A stretch of DNA of 63,947 nt, counting the filler, from Welwitschia mirabilis (taxonomy: Eukaryota): assembly GCA_051453625.1 (NCBI GenBank). It is 4 parts of one record of this genome, joined end to end, with 100 filler letters (N's around TTAATTAATTAA, not from the genome) between each part and the next. Parts side by side here need not be neighbours in the genome. Positions count along the whole stretch, not along the records: positions 1 to 27,679 come from JBOZIK010000001.1; 3 more parts are not named here. One strand, given 5' to 3'. The notes beneath the pieces were generated by a model, which saw only the letters and a list, made by a program, of their open reading frames with translations, was not told the DNA's origin and ran no database searches. This document shows positions 11,418 through 25,800 of this stretch, in pieces. The translations under genes and the position numbers were made by a program. The first letter of the stretch is position 1, and each line of letters opens with the position of its first letter.

Positions 11418-14400
11418 GTAAGTTACAACTTTTTAATCATTTTTTTTACTATAAAAGACTTTTTAGTTATGTTGGATCTTGTATGTATTAAAGTTGGAAA
11501 GTCTCTTAAGAGAAAAAAACCATAAAGCTATACATAAGGAATCACCTTGGTCTTCATTTAAGAGTTCATCACTACTTACTTTTCCAAGCTCTTTCAAGAA
11601 ATTTTATGAAAGTTATGATGATGAAAGTATATCTGAATAGTTATTTGGAAGACTTTAGTAGCATACCATGTTTCCTTCTAAAGAGAAGTCTCCAAAATGT
11701 AACATACCCATTTTTGTATTAATTTTTTAATTTAGGATCTTGTCTTATATTTCCTAAAATGCTTTTTTTTCACTAGAGATGAATGACAATCCATCACCAC
11801 TATACGATTTAGTAGTTGCTCCTTTAAGAGCATCATAATGTAAATTTCTAACCTTTAATGTGTATTCTATAGCATACACTCTAAAGTTATAATTGGTCAT
11901 TGTTTTTGCTTTCTTTTTAAATTACTTTAGTTATTTATTTAGAGTACTATATGTTCTTTTTTATTTATAATTGTTATTTTAGTTTAAGTGTAAGCTATTA
12001 GGTGCTTCTAGTTTATATAACTAAGATAAGAATACTATTTGTAATACATATTTGAATTGAGATTTTCTTCAATAAGAAGGAAAAAGCTTAAATTGATGCT
12101 TCTTGTCACAGTAAAAACAATCAAGATATGAGGGGGTTGACTAATTTTCAAACTTTGATAGCACATGAAAAATCTTATAGAAAATGAAAAAACTCTATCA
12201 ATACATTTTAAAATTAACTATATGCATTTGATAGATCTTTTATTAGATTTAACTACTAAATGCTACATATGATTTAACTACAAACCATAATAATAGATTA
12301 TTGCCTTGATAAGAAAGACCAGTATTGCCTTAATGAACATTATTAATGTTTACCTTCACATGGAAAGCTGATTAGATTCCTGTTAGAAAAGATTTATGAT
12401 CATAACATGATATTGCTAGAAAAGATTTATCATTAAATATTTAAATTATGGTTCCAGGTACTCTATTTTTCACAAATTTGTGTTTCATCAATACAACCTT
12501 TTCTACATGTTCAGTAACTTCTTTCTTTCATCAATAATCACATCAAAGAGACCATCCACAATGTCAACAAAAAAATTATTAACAAAAACCTCTTTTTTTT
12601 TAGTAGTTTTAAGTTTATAACAACTTTTAGCTATTATTAATTTATGTTTTTATGATGATTAATATTCATCATAAAGTCAAAACTATGATAGTTATTAGTC
12701 ATTATAAAATTGAAAATTATGATGGTTATTAGTCATCTTAAATTTGATAACTGTGATGGTTTTATTTATTTTTAATGAGTATTTTAACCATCGTTGCTTT
12801 TGTCTTTTATAATAGCCAAATGATGAAAACTATGACAACTTATAACTATCATAAAGTATTAATGATCGGACCTATAACATTAGCTAAAACCTATCATTAA
12901 AATGTTTTAATGATAATTTTTAGCCATTATTAAAATTCATTTTTGTTATAGTACATTTATCTAGGGATTTTTCTTTTTAGATGGAAGAGTAAAACATTCT
13001 AAAAGAAATTAGTTCAAAAACTATGAAAGAAATGTAATAGCTAGAGTATCATTTTCTTATCAAGTAAAGCTAAAATCATACTAAAAAATACTATGATAAC
13101 AACTATTGTAAGGTATAGGACCTTAACAAGGGTATCACTAGAGAAAATATAAGTAACCGTTACTAGACCAATTCGTAACTTTATCTAAAAACAAGAAAGA
13201 AGAGGATCTAAAATGCATGCTATGACATGGGTAATAATTGTAAAAATAGTGGAATCTGGACTATGAAGGCTATAAAATACAAAGGAGAAGATATTATTAG
13301 CCAAAGTAAATACTATAAAAAGAGGCAAAAGTAGGTGATTAATTACCATAGAAAAATTCTTAAAATAAAAGTACAAGGAGTAGGAAGATGAGTAGGGGAA
13401 TTTCCCCTTCTAGTGAACCTTCTTTGTATGATGGAAGTAGCTAAAAGGACCAAGTAAGTCAAAGATAGAAAATGAAGACATTTAATTCTAGTATTTCTAG
13501 GTATTAGGAGAGAAATGCCTTGAGAAAATATAAGAAATAATCCCAGTCAAGGACTAATTAAAGAATAAAGCAGGACACAATGTAAAACATTATGGAAAAA
13601 GGGGGGATTTTTTCCCACTTAGGGAATGATCATATAGATAAAGCAATAAGTCAATTAGAGAAAATTATAAAATAAAAAGGCCTATAGTTGGGGAAGGAGT
13701 TCATAAAAGAACATTGGATGGAAGATTAATTAATGAAAAAAAAAACTAATTTAGAAATATAATATTAACAAACTTCTATAAGACAATTTCTGGACATAAA
13801 TTATGAATAAGTATTAAAGTGTTTGATTATAAGGAGAAAAGCACTAAGTGTAATGAACCTGTGGTGGATGGGATACAAGGTTAGAATAGAGTGCTAGGCC
13901 TATGAAAAATAGGAAACTATCAAACACCTATTTTGGAAATACCCATTACAATAATAATATAGAAAAAATAGTAATCTAGAACCACTTGAAAGGAGATCCT
14001 AAATACACTAGGTAAGTATCATGATGTTACTCTTTGATTTCTTTAGATAGCACACAATAGAAGAATATCTTTAAATGAAATTTAAAAATTAGAAAATATT
14101 TACAAAACCATAAAGAATAGATATTAAAATTTAGATGTCTAAGAAAAATGAAAAACAAAGTAAAAACATTAAAAATTAAAAAATAAATATAAAATCATAA
14201 AATTCGAATTTGATAAAATTTCATCTCCATTAAAGTNNNNNNNNNNNNNNNNNNNNNNNNNNNNNNNNNNNNNNNNNNNNNNNNNNNNNNNNNNNNNNNN
14301 NNNNNNNNNNNNNNNNNNNNNNNNNNNNNNNNNNNNNNNNNNNNNNNNNNNNNNNNNNNNNNNNNNNNNNNNNNNNNNNNNNNNNNNNNNNNNNNNNNNN

Positions 14401-15859
14401 NNNNNNNNNNNNNNNNNNNNNNNNNNNNNNNNNNNNNNNNNNNNNNNNNNNNNNNNNNNNNNNNNNNNNNNNNNNNNNNNNNNNNNNNNNNNNNNNNNNN
14501 NNNNNNNNNNNNNNNNNNNNNNNNNNNNNNNNNNNNNNNNNNNNNNNNNNNNNNNNNNNNNNNNNNNNNNNNNNNNNNNNNNNNNNNNNNNNNNNNNNNN
14601 NNNNNNNNNNNNNNNNNNNNNNNNNNNNNNNNNNNNNNNNNNNNNNNNNNNNNNNNNNNNNNNNNNNNNNNNNNNNNNNNNNNNNNNNNNNNNNNNNNNN
14701 NNNNNNNNNNNNNNNNNCATAGAATTCAAATTTGATAAAATTTCATCTCCATTAAATTCTATTATTAATAAGAAAATTTGCTTTTAATTACAAAATTTTA
14801 CACATAAGAAATTTCATCAAATTTTGTGAAAGTCCTTGTTAAAATATATTATTTTCTTAATAAATAAAATATGCTAAACAAGACATAGTAATTTCATTAA
14901 ATTTATTAACAAAAATAAATTAATGTATTATTTTTATTTATTCCAATTCTGAGTCTTTATCTTATTACCACATGTTAACGAATAATGAAATATATTAATT
15001 TTATTAATAAAAATATAATAAATGTATTTATTTTGTTATTTTATATCTTATTAATAAATAAAATACATTACTAATGGTTGGATCATATGATAAAATAAGT
15101 GTAGAAAGTATCACAAAATAATATCAGAAACTGTAAAATAATGCTGGAAAAATGTAGAAACTATGATGATGNNNNNNNNNNNNNNNNNNNNNNNNNNNNN
15201 NNNNNNNNNNNNNNNNNNNNNNNNNNNNNNNNNNNNNNNNNNNNNNNNNNNNNNNNNNNNNNNNNNNNNNNNNNNNNNNNNNNNNNNNNNNNNNNNNNNN
15301 NNNNNNNNNNNNNNNNNNNNNNNNNNNNNNNNNNNNNNNNNNNNNNNNNNNNNNNNNNNNNNNNNNNNNAAAACATGAGAAAAGTTAAATAGACTGCTAA
15401 GCAATATTTATTTCTAAGTACTAAAATTATCTTAGTTTATGTTCAACTACATCAACAAGAGCAAGATAGAAGTAATATTACTTTTTCAAGTAATAAATTA
15501 TGCACATAATGATACTTAAATGCTTTTTAGCTTTATATTAAAATACTAATTATTACATAAAGATGAGCTAACAACTATGTTCTTCTTTGTAGATAACAAT
15601 ATGGAGTGTGGGAAAATGTTGTCAATACCTTTGCAAGCTAGCTGAAGTTCCCTAACTTGACCTTCTTACCTTATCTATTTCTAGAACCCTTTTGCTAAAA
15701 AAATCCCCACCTTTGGTGGTGATCACATTCTTATATTNNNNNNNNNNNNNNNNNNNNNNNNNNNNNNNNNNNNNNNNNNNNNNNNNNNNNNNNNNNNNNN
15801 NNNNNNNNNNNNNNNNNNNNNNNNNNNNNNNNNNNNNNNNNNNNNNNNNNNNNNNNNNN

Positions 15860-18800
15860 GCATACTAACCTACTAACATATTAACTAATTAACCTATTAA
15901 TTAGTAAGCATAAAGATAGATAAAAACATCTATTTGATAATAAAATACATAATTAAGATAATGAAAAATGCTTTATTGATAAGCAAGATTTACATAAAAT
16001 TCATCTTTATAAGTTCCCCTAAGCTCAAATTTTTATTAGTCTCTTAACAAACAAAGTATTTAAAAGAGAAAAAAATGAAGAATCTTATTATTTTCCTTTC
16101 CTTCTTTTAAAAATGAAAGAGTGATCTTCACTCGATTTTGACTCTTTCCTTTATGTAGTTAGCTGGGCAGATTATTTTACCTTTTCCAAGGCCTTTAAGA
16201 TTTTTCTTTGTTCCTATTGAAAAGCAGGATCATTTAAATTTATGATCTCTGTTTCTACTTACTTTAGAGCTACTTTTCTGCCCTGGTCTCTACCTTATGG
16301 AGGAGATCTTGGCTTGTTTGGTTCTCCTCTCTTTCTCTTGAGGGCTACAGAGCCTTTTGTTTTGGGACTTTGGTGCACACATTTTGTTTCTAGAGTTGCC
16401 TCAACTTGTGTCCTGATCTTGAGGTTTGCCTCAAAGGAACTACATGCATTTCACATGAACCTTTATTTTCTAATTTTAAAAAAAATATCTACAAATGTAC
16501 CTCTTAGCATAATCATGTTTTAAATAATTCAATCTCTAAAAAACATAACTACTAAAAATCTTGAGAGGACACAATAAAAAATTTGACATCTGATTCACAC
16601 TCTTCCAAAATCCTACAAAATTTTATTGCATTATCATTTAAAAAATTCTTGATTTCTCTTATGGGAACTTCCATTTCCTTTTGAACAATTTCAATTTACA
16701 ACACTTTAATATCTCTTTTGAAATTATTAAAAACATACATTAGCTTTGACCGTTTACTAGAAGTTTTCTAAATAATTCTCTTTAAATTCTCTTTAAATTT
16801 GTTAATAGAATTGTATAACTTCTAGGGCTAATAGTTAAGGTTGTGTAGCATAACCAATTCTTCATGCTAGAATCCAATTCACTTATCTAACTTGACTTCC
16901 ATGAGATAAAGCTCATGGAGTAATCTCATGTTCTCTTTCTNNNNNNNNNNNNNNNNNNNNNNNNNNNNNNNNNNNNNNNNNNNNNNNNNNNNNNNNNNNN
17001 NNNNNNNNNNNNNNNNNNNNNNNNNNNNNNNNNNNNNNNNTTACAACAATTTCATATCTCTTTTGAAATTATTAAAAACACACATGAGCTTTGACCGTTC
17101 ACTATAAGTTTTCTAAATAATGCTCTGTAAATTCTCTTTAAATTTGTCAATAGAATTATCTAACTTCTAGGGCTAATAGTCAAGGTTTTATAGCATAACC
17201 AATTCTTCATGGTAGAATCCAATTTACTTATCTAACTTGACTTTTATGAAATAAAGCTCATGGAGTAATCTCATGTTCTCTTTCTCCAAATTCTAAATGA
17301 TGAGTTGGTAGACTCAGGGCTTATTAATCTAGAATTCTTTTTTAACTCTANNNNNNNNNNNNNNNNNNNNNNNNNNNNNNNNNNNNNNNNNNNNNNNNNN
17401 NNNNNNNNNNNNNNNNNNNNNNNNNNNNNNNNNNNNNNNNNNNNNNNNNNNNNNNNNNNNNNNNNNNNNNNNNNNNNNNNNNNNNNNNNNNNNNNNNNNN
17501 NNNNNNNNNNNNNNNNNNNNNNNNNNNNNNNNNNNNNNNNNNNNNNNNNNNNNNNNNNNNNNNNNNNNNNNNNNNNNNNNNNNNNNNNNNNNNNNNNNNN
17601 NNNNNNNNNNNNNNNNNNNNNNNNNNNNNNNNNNNNNNNNNNNNNNNTAAGAATAAAAAGGAATTTTCATTCAAATTGATATCAAAATGTTTTACATAGT
17701 TAAGAAACCCTATTAATTAAAGCTTACAAAATGTGGGTTATAACATTAACTATACATGAGATTCTCTCAAAGTATTAATAATACTTGACTTTATTCTATC
17801 TTCATCTCACAAGATAGAGTTAAAGAAGTTGAAGAGCTATCCTAGATTAAACTTATTTCTTTTCTGATTTCTTCCTTTATTTCTGAAGAAAATTATATTA
17901 GAAGAGCTTTTCTCTCCCATTTAATTCTTGAGAGCCTTATTTTCCTCTACTAATTGGTCCATGACTCTCTTATTTGCTCCTAAAAGGAACTGATGATATC
18001 TTAGAGAATTTTGAGCTTTAAGACATTTTTACATATACTCCCAGGCCTCTGTATGAATTTTTATAAATTTCTTATTCATCCCCTGCAGCTCTGCATAAAT
18101 TCTATTTAAAATTCCCTATTCAAGGATAGGTGCCCTTCATTATGCATAAATATAATAAATTTTTATTGGTACTTAATATATTCAGCATCATACTTCTTTC
18201 TTAAAGCTAAATTTTATAATAGGGATACTAACATGTCTAGCATTTCTCTTAGAAAATTATCTAATTCTTCCCTATCTTTGATAGTTGACTCAAGTTTAGT
18301 AATGAATTTACAAGATCTCTATAATNNNNNNNNNNNNNNNNNNNNNNNNNNNNNNNNNNNNNNNNNNNNNNNNNNNNNNNNNNNNNNNNNNNNNNNNNNN
18401 NNNNNNNNNNNNNNNNNNNNNNNNNNNNNNNNNNNNNNNNNNNNNNNNNNNNNNNNNNNNNNNNNNNNNNNNNNNNNNNNNNNNNNNNNNNNNNNNNNNN
18501 NNNNNNNNNNNNNNNNNNNNNNNNNNNNNNNNNNNNNNNNNNNNNNNNNNNNNNNNNNNNNNNNNNNNNNNNNNNNNNNNNNNNNNNNNNNNNNNNNNNN
18601 NNNNNNNNNNNNNNNNNNNNNNNNNNNNNNNNNNNNNNNNNNNNNNNNNNNNNNNNNNNNNNNNNNNNNNNNNNNNNNNNNNNNNNNNNNNNNNNNNNNN
18701 NNNNNNNNNNNNNNNNNNNNNNNNNNNNNNNNNNNNNNNNNNNNNNNNNNNNNNTTAACTCCTTAACCCCAAGTAAACTTTGAATAGAAACTTTATCATA

Positions 18801-21800
18801 AGACTTATTTAGTTAAAATGGAACTTTATTTTTACTCAAAATTTGGGTAATTAAAGAAGAAAATTTAAGTCCTATTATGTCTAAATCTTCAATTCCAACT
18901 TTATTTAATTTTGTAACATGCCTTGCCAACCCCAAAAAGATCCCCTCTGCAATATTCACATTAGTGTGGTTTATCTTATCCTTTACTGCTATAATTATAT
19001 ATAGAGAAAATGTGATACCCTTTTGTTTTTGAAGAGTGGGTATTAAATTACTGGCCACAATTCAAAAAATAAGAAGAATTCCAGCTCTATGTCTTTATGG
19101 ACTGGTATTATTCCTTGAACTTCTACCTATCTTAGTAGACTCGTACTTAGATTTATATCTTCTTTTCTACTAATGTCGTCTATGAACTTCCCTTTAGGTG
19201 GCAAGTACAAAATCTCTCTTATGTCTTCTTAGGTAATTACTATTCACTAGTTCCTCACAATGGTTTCTAGTAAAGTTTTGGTATCGTTGATTCTTAGATT
19301 TTTATAAAATTCATATACAGATTCCAAAAAGAATCTATTATTTAAGGTAAGCCATTCATACCATCCCAGCTTAATAATTCTTTGTTTAAATTCTTTCAAA
19401 TAGGGATCTGAAAGAATTTGAATAAAATTCAATGTTAAAATAATCCTGCATTCTGTAAAAATTTATACTAAAGTTGGAGTTAAGAAAGGAAAAGTGTATG
19501 TAAAAGAGAAATTCTTACAACAAAGAACCNNNNNNNNNNNNNNNNNNNNNNNNNNNNNNNNNNNNNNNNNNNNNNNNNNNNNNNNNNNNNNNNNNNNNNN
19601 NNNNNNNNNNNNNNNNNNNNNNNNNNNNNACCATCCTAGCTTAATAATTCTTTATTTAAATTTTGTCAAATAGGGATCCGAAATAATTTGAACAAAATTC
19701 AATATTAAAATAATCCTGCATTCTATAAAAATTTATACTAAAGTTGGAGTTAAGGAAGGAAAAGTGTATGTAAAAGAGAAATTCTTATAACAAAGAACCT
19801 TCAGAAATATCTTATTAAGTAAAACTTGCTTCCTAGACATATAAAACATCATTTAGCTAGATGTAAAAGTATAGTATGTATTAAATCCATTCAAATCTTC
19901 CCCCAAATGAATTTTAGCATGCTCCTACTTGCTTAAAGTAAAGTCCTAACTATACTTAAAACTTTCACTCTAATAAATTCTACCATTATCGATAAGCTCA
20001 AAAATTAAAAAATAGCTAAACATGATAAAGTAAAAACACAAGGTAAAAGTAGAAATTACCAATCCATTTTTTGCTTTAAATAGGCAAACTCTTACTTAAT
20101 ATTATATTTAATTCTCATGATTGAGTAGTAAATAAGAAAACTTATCATAAAGAAAATAGATGCGATTAGAAATTTTATACCTTTCTGATGCTAAAAAATT
20201 TGAATGTCAATTTAGTAAGGTAAAAATTAGAAAATTTTGCTGAGTTAGAACTAATATTGCAGGAACTGATATGGTTGACATGATGTGGAGGTGATGTTAT
20301 AATGGGGAACATCAAGAATGAAGAGGAGTCATCAAGAATAATTTTAAGTAGAATGATGAGGTAATTGAAAGGCATATTTAAGTGGTGGTCACTCTTCATA
20401 GTACCAAATTTGATAAGGGTCATTGAGAAATCATGAGTTCCCAATGGAGGCCATCAAATCCATTATAGAGGCGATTAAAAGAGTTTAAATATGGTTATTA
20501 AACTCACAAGTTCTTAATAACATGCTTCAAATTCTTACTATCGTTATTATGAAGATAAGTGTAAATGAAAAGGTAGAGTTTCATGTCAGAGTTATAGTAA
20601 GTAGTTGATAGGGTTTGTCAAGAATGAAATATTCCTCTTTCAAAAGCAAGTTCGAAGGATTAAGTTGACTTGAAATCTAGTCCAAATCTTTGGCTTTGGG
20701 CTGATGTCAATTAAATTTTAGAATTTATGTGCCAAGGGTCACAGTTAAAATTTAATTTGAAGTTTCAACTTCGGATCAGTATCAGCCAACTAAATATTTC
20801 TTTTATTTTGATTGCAAGATGAAGAATTACTTAGATTAGCTCAAAATCCAATTTGAAGTTTTGACTTTGAGTTGGCATAAGTTAATTACATGATGCTCAT
20901 TTGAATGCAGGTTTTTAGAGCAAAGAAGATGAATAATTTGGCATGAAATTTGACTCAAAGTTTCAACTTTGAGTTGATGTCAGCCAAAAGATTCAAGTTT
21001 TGAATGGATGATTTAAAATATAACCTATAGTTTTGGCCTTGAATTGATGTAAGTTAGCCAAGTGATATCCCTTCTTATGTTGATTTCAAGGTTTGATTTA
21101 TGATGGAATTCTAATGGAGAGAAACACTAGTAACTTCTCTTTCTTATTCTTTCTTTAAGAAAAATAAAATAAAATATTTCTTTAGTTACTAGATATGGCC
21201 CAAAAAATTTCTTTTGATCAAAATACATCTATAGGTTTCATGATAATTATTTGATAATGCAGTTTATAATAATAAGATTTGATGGGTCCTTGTAGCGATA
21301 TATAGCTCAGACAATCTAAACTAATCATAAATCAATCTGGAGTTCCAACTTTAGGTTAAATCTTAGTCAGTTTGAAATCCCTTGATTCCAAAATTACTTA
21401 AATATTAATGCTAATACTTGACATACTTTAGTAGTTTGATAAAATAGATATATCACTTTTATCCAATCTTTCACTTTAAAATCAAAAACATGTACATCAA
21501 ATGACTTAATTGAATTATACTTATTAGACAGGAAGGTAAGATTTGTGCTATAAATTGTATTTCTTTGATGCTGATCATTCATTACTCTCCACTTGAGCTT
21601 AAGAATTTTTTTACTTAGTTATCTTCCACTTTTTCTTTTCTTTTCTTTGTTAATCTCTATGGCTTACACTCATTTTTCTCCTATTGCTGCCTCTTACATA
21701 AAGAAGATGAAGCATTGTTTATTCAATTTGGATTTTACACAGATAGACATGCATTAGTATTATAGACTTCTAGTTACCTCAAGTCTCTGTTAGATCTAAA

Positions 21801-22830
21801 AATGTAATACAACAATTTTCATATTACAATTATAATTCAACTGCTAAGGTTTTAGATGGCTTGGATTCCTTCATCACTGAGGCTAGTAAAGACCGTTTTG
21901 AAAGCAGTTCCATTCCTCCAATCTTCCCTTTAATTCATTACTTAGTAAGTAAGTATCTGAGGTTGAGGACTAAAGAATTACGTCAGCGGCTCAATTATGG
22001 AAAATTAAGTTGTGACACATCTTTGGGTTAGCTAGCTAGATAGATGTAGGTATTAGAAAAGAAAGTCGATCAGATTTAGGGTACCAACCTTATCCTGAGC
22101 CTTGTTGCACTAAGTTTTGATAAGAAAAATATAGAGAGAATAATATGGGATGCTAACATTATTAAAACTTTTGGTTAGCCCACCTAGAGGAAACTAATAT
22201 GCTAACTGAATCTCTAGGTGAGACACATCTATTACCCTCTAATGAAAATTCTATAGGGTTAACATCAAATACTAGGCATTCTCACATAAAAAATAAATTT
22301 TCTAGTCACTTTAAGAATTGAGTTACTTAAGTTGAGAATTAGTTTATTTAATGATTTAATAACTGTTTTTACTTTTGTTTCTGCAAATGTATGTAATAAC
22401 TACCTTGGTTAATAAAGTTTTTAATTTGTATTTCNNNNNNNNNNNNNNNNNNNNNNNNNNNNNNNNNNNNNNNNNNNNNNNNNNNNNNNNNNNNNNNNNN
22501 NNNNNNNNNNNNNNCAAATTATTAAGATTATGTAAATTAATTTTAAAACTTTAAAGTTTTCCCTTAGCTTAAACAAAATTTAATAATTATGCATGCTATT
22601 GAATTAAAAACATTTGGATATATATTCCATCATAAACTAAAATATTCCCTTTAGTTTCTTTTTTTCCTTGATCTCTAGTTATAATAAGGTTCTATTTTTG
22701 GTAACTACTTGTATATAAAATGACTCCTAGGACATAACTATTCCTCCATTTTTATTGTTGACAACTTAGCTTAACCACAATGAGAAGAGTGCAACCACTG
22801 TTAGAAGAGTAAGGACCCAAAGGATATATT

Positions 22831-22883
<53 letters not shown>

Positions 22884-25800
22884 CTATCACNNNNNNNNNN
22901 NNNNNNNNNNNNNNNNNNNNNNNNNNNNNNNNNNNNNNNNNNNNNNNNNNNNNNNNNNNNNNNNNNNNNNNNNNNNNNNNNNNNNNNNNNNNNNNNNNNN
23001 NNNNNNNNNNNNNNNNNNNNNNNNNNNNNNNNNNNNNNNNNNNNNNNNNNNNNNNNNNNNNNNNNNNNNNNNNNNNNNNNNNNNNNNNNNNNNNNNNNNN
23101 NNNNNNNNNNNNNNNNNNNNNNNNNNNNNNNNNNNNNNNNNNNNNNNNNNNNNNNNNNNNNNNNNNNNNNNNNNNNNNNNNNNNNNNNNNNNNNNNNNNN
23201 NNNNNNNNNNNNNNNNNNNNNNNNNNNNNNNNNNNNNNNNNNNNNNNNNNNNNNNNNNNNNNNNNNNNNNNNNNNNNNNNNNNNNNNNNNNNNNNNNNNN
23301 NNNNNNNNNNNNNNNNNNNNNNNNNNNNNNNNNNNNNNNNNNNNNNNNNNNNNNNNNNNNNNNNNNNNNNNNNNNNNNNNNNNNNNNNNNNNNNNNNNNN
23401 NNNNNNNNNNNNNNNNNNNNNNNNNNNNNNNNNNNNNNNNNNNNNNNNNNNNNNNNNNNNNNNNNNNNNNNNNNNNNNNNNNNNNNNNNNNNNNNNNNNN
23501 NNNNNNNNNNNNNNNNNNNNNNNNNNNNNNNNNNNNCTGCTATGTAATGAAATGTATCTCCTCAATCTTCTTAATAAAGATAATTTACAAATTTCTTATT
23601 GAAGACTTATTGAGTCAACTTCTTATTTTATAATTATTTTATTTACCTTAAATAACTTAGTAAATTAATAGACTAAATAAAAGTTAAAGAAATGACATGT
23701 TCTTTTATTATCTAATTCTAGAGCTTTATTTTAGAGGTAGAGTAAAAGTATTCTTTCCATCCTATTGGGGTTTCCTAAATTATTAAACACATATTTATGA
23801 TTATAATAAATCCTTACTCTTTGCTCATTAACTTGNNNNNNNNNNNNNNNNNNNNNNNNNNNNNNNNNNNNNNNNNNNNNNNNNNNNNNNNNNNNNNNNN
23901 NNNNNNNNNNNNNNNNNNNNNNNNNNNNNNNNNNNTTAGATGTAGAGTAAAAGTATTCTTTACATCCTCTTGGGGTTTCCTAAATTATTAAACACATATT
24001 TATGATTATAATAAATCCTTACTCTTTGCTCATTAACTTGGTGGATTACCTTTTCATTAGAATCATATATTTTTATGGATCTATTTCCTAGACTATTTGT
24101 TATGGCATGGGGTCTTGGTTCATTTTGTTCATATTTTTGTTTTGAATGGATTTTTTAAGGATCATAAATTAATACACAGTCTTCTATATTAAAATGTATT
24201 TTTTAATTCTATTATCATGATATATTTTAGTTCTCTGTTGTATAAGTTCTTTACCTAAAAGAGCTTCTTTTTTATTTTCACCTAAAATATTCATATTTTC
24301 TATCCATTCTTTTTGAGTTGTGTCTAAACTACATTTTAATTCTTTAGCTAATTTAAATGTTTTTATTCTAAATTTAANNNNNNNNNNNNNNNNNNNNNNN
24401 NNNNNNNNNNNNNNNNNNNNNNNNNNNNNNNNNNNNNTCTTTTTCCGTATATTAATTCATATGGAGTAAACCCTATAGTATGTTTCCAAGTTATTCTGTA
24501 AGCCTATAGTTCTTAATTTAATTTATCTACCCAATTAATTTTCTTATTATTTATAACCTTTGTTAATATTCTATTAAGCTCTCTATTAGTTACTTCAGCT
24601 TATCCATTAGATTGAGGGTGATAGGCAGTACAAAGTTTATGATGGATTTTGAACTTGACCAAAAGTTTCTCAAAGACTTCACTAGTNNNNNNNNNNNNNN
24701 NNNNNNNNNNNNNNNNNNNNNNNNNNNNNNNNNNNNNNNNNNNNNNNNNNNNNNNNNNNNNNNNNNNNNNNNNNNNNNNNNNNNNNCTATTTCCTAGAAT
24801 TTTTGTTATGGCATGGGGTCTTGGTTCATTTTGTTCATATTTTTGTTTTGAATGGATTTTTTAAGGATCGTAAATTAATACACAGTCTTCTATATTAAAA
24901 TTTATTTTTTAATTCTATTATCATGATATATTTTATTTCTCTATTGTATAAGTTCTTTACCTAAAAGAGCTTCTTTTTTATTTTCACCTAAAATATTCAT
25001 GTTTTCTATCCATTATTTTTGAGTTGTGTCTAAACTACATTTTAATTCTTTAGCTAATTTAAATGTTTTTATTCTAAATTCAATTGGCAAAATAGCTCTT
25101 TTTCTGTATATTAATTCATATGGAGTAAACCCTATAGTATGTTTCCAAGTTATTCTATAAGCCTATAGTTCTTAATTTAATTTATCTACCCAATTAGTTT
25201 TCTTATTATTTATAACCTTTGTTAATATTCTATTAAGCTCTCTATTAGTTACTTTAGCTCATCCATTAGATTGAGGGTGAAAAGCAGTACAAAGTTTATG
25301 ATGGATTTTGAACTTGACCAAAAGTTTCTCAAAGACTTCACTAGTAAAGTGAGTTATCCTGTTGGATATAAGACTTCAAGGGGCTCCAAACCAATAAATA
25401 ATATTTTTTAGAAAAAAGTTAACTATGATTTGAGAAGAATAATTTGTCATAGCCTTAGCCTTAGCCCATCTAGTAAAGTAATCAACATATACCAAAATGT
25501 ATTTCTTTTCAAAGGATGAAGGATTAACAGGCCCAATAAAATCTATTCCCAAANNNNNNNNNNATAAGTATTTACATTCTTGAATATGGTGGGCTAATAA
25601 TATCCCATATGAAGAAGTTTCATTCTTGTTCTATTTGCACCATAATGTCCTCCTCCTTCTCACTCATGAGCTTCCTTCAAAAGTTCCCTTTGTAAGTTTT
25701 CTTCCATACATCTTCTGATGACATGATCTTTGCATTCTTTAAATAACATCTTATCATGTCAAATATAGTCTCTATACTCCCTTAACAATATTTTTCTTTC

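Larger units (their letters stand above)
5010..12953 (+). mobile_element. Degenerate, internally deleted CACTA (En/Spm)-type DNA transposon carrying gene fragments
   Basis: Left end TACTACAAAAAAAC at 5010. Right end TTTTGTTATAGTA ends at 12953 (reverse complement TACTATAACAAAA). Identical 3-bp flanks CAT at 5007-5009 and 12954-12956. Decayed subterminal repeats (aaccatcg/gatggtt/ctatcat) at ~12480-12940. Weak DUF4216-like (DDVVQLK..CRW..FEDSLL..GWFLVIK, ~5350-5740) and Transposase_24-like (H..TGG, ~7550) remnants. Left subterminal repeats not evident. Confidence 0.6.

Noticed and set aside
12960-14200. Possible gypsy gag remnant (KCNEP..WW-like at ~13845)
   Set aside because: Too decayed; a single weak motif is insufficient for a call.
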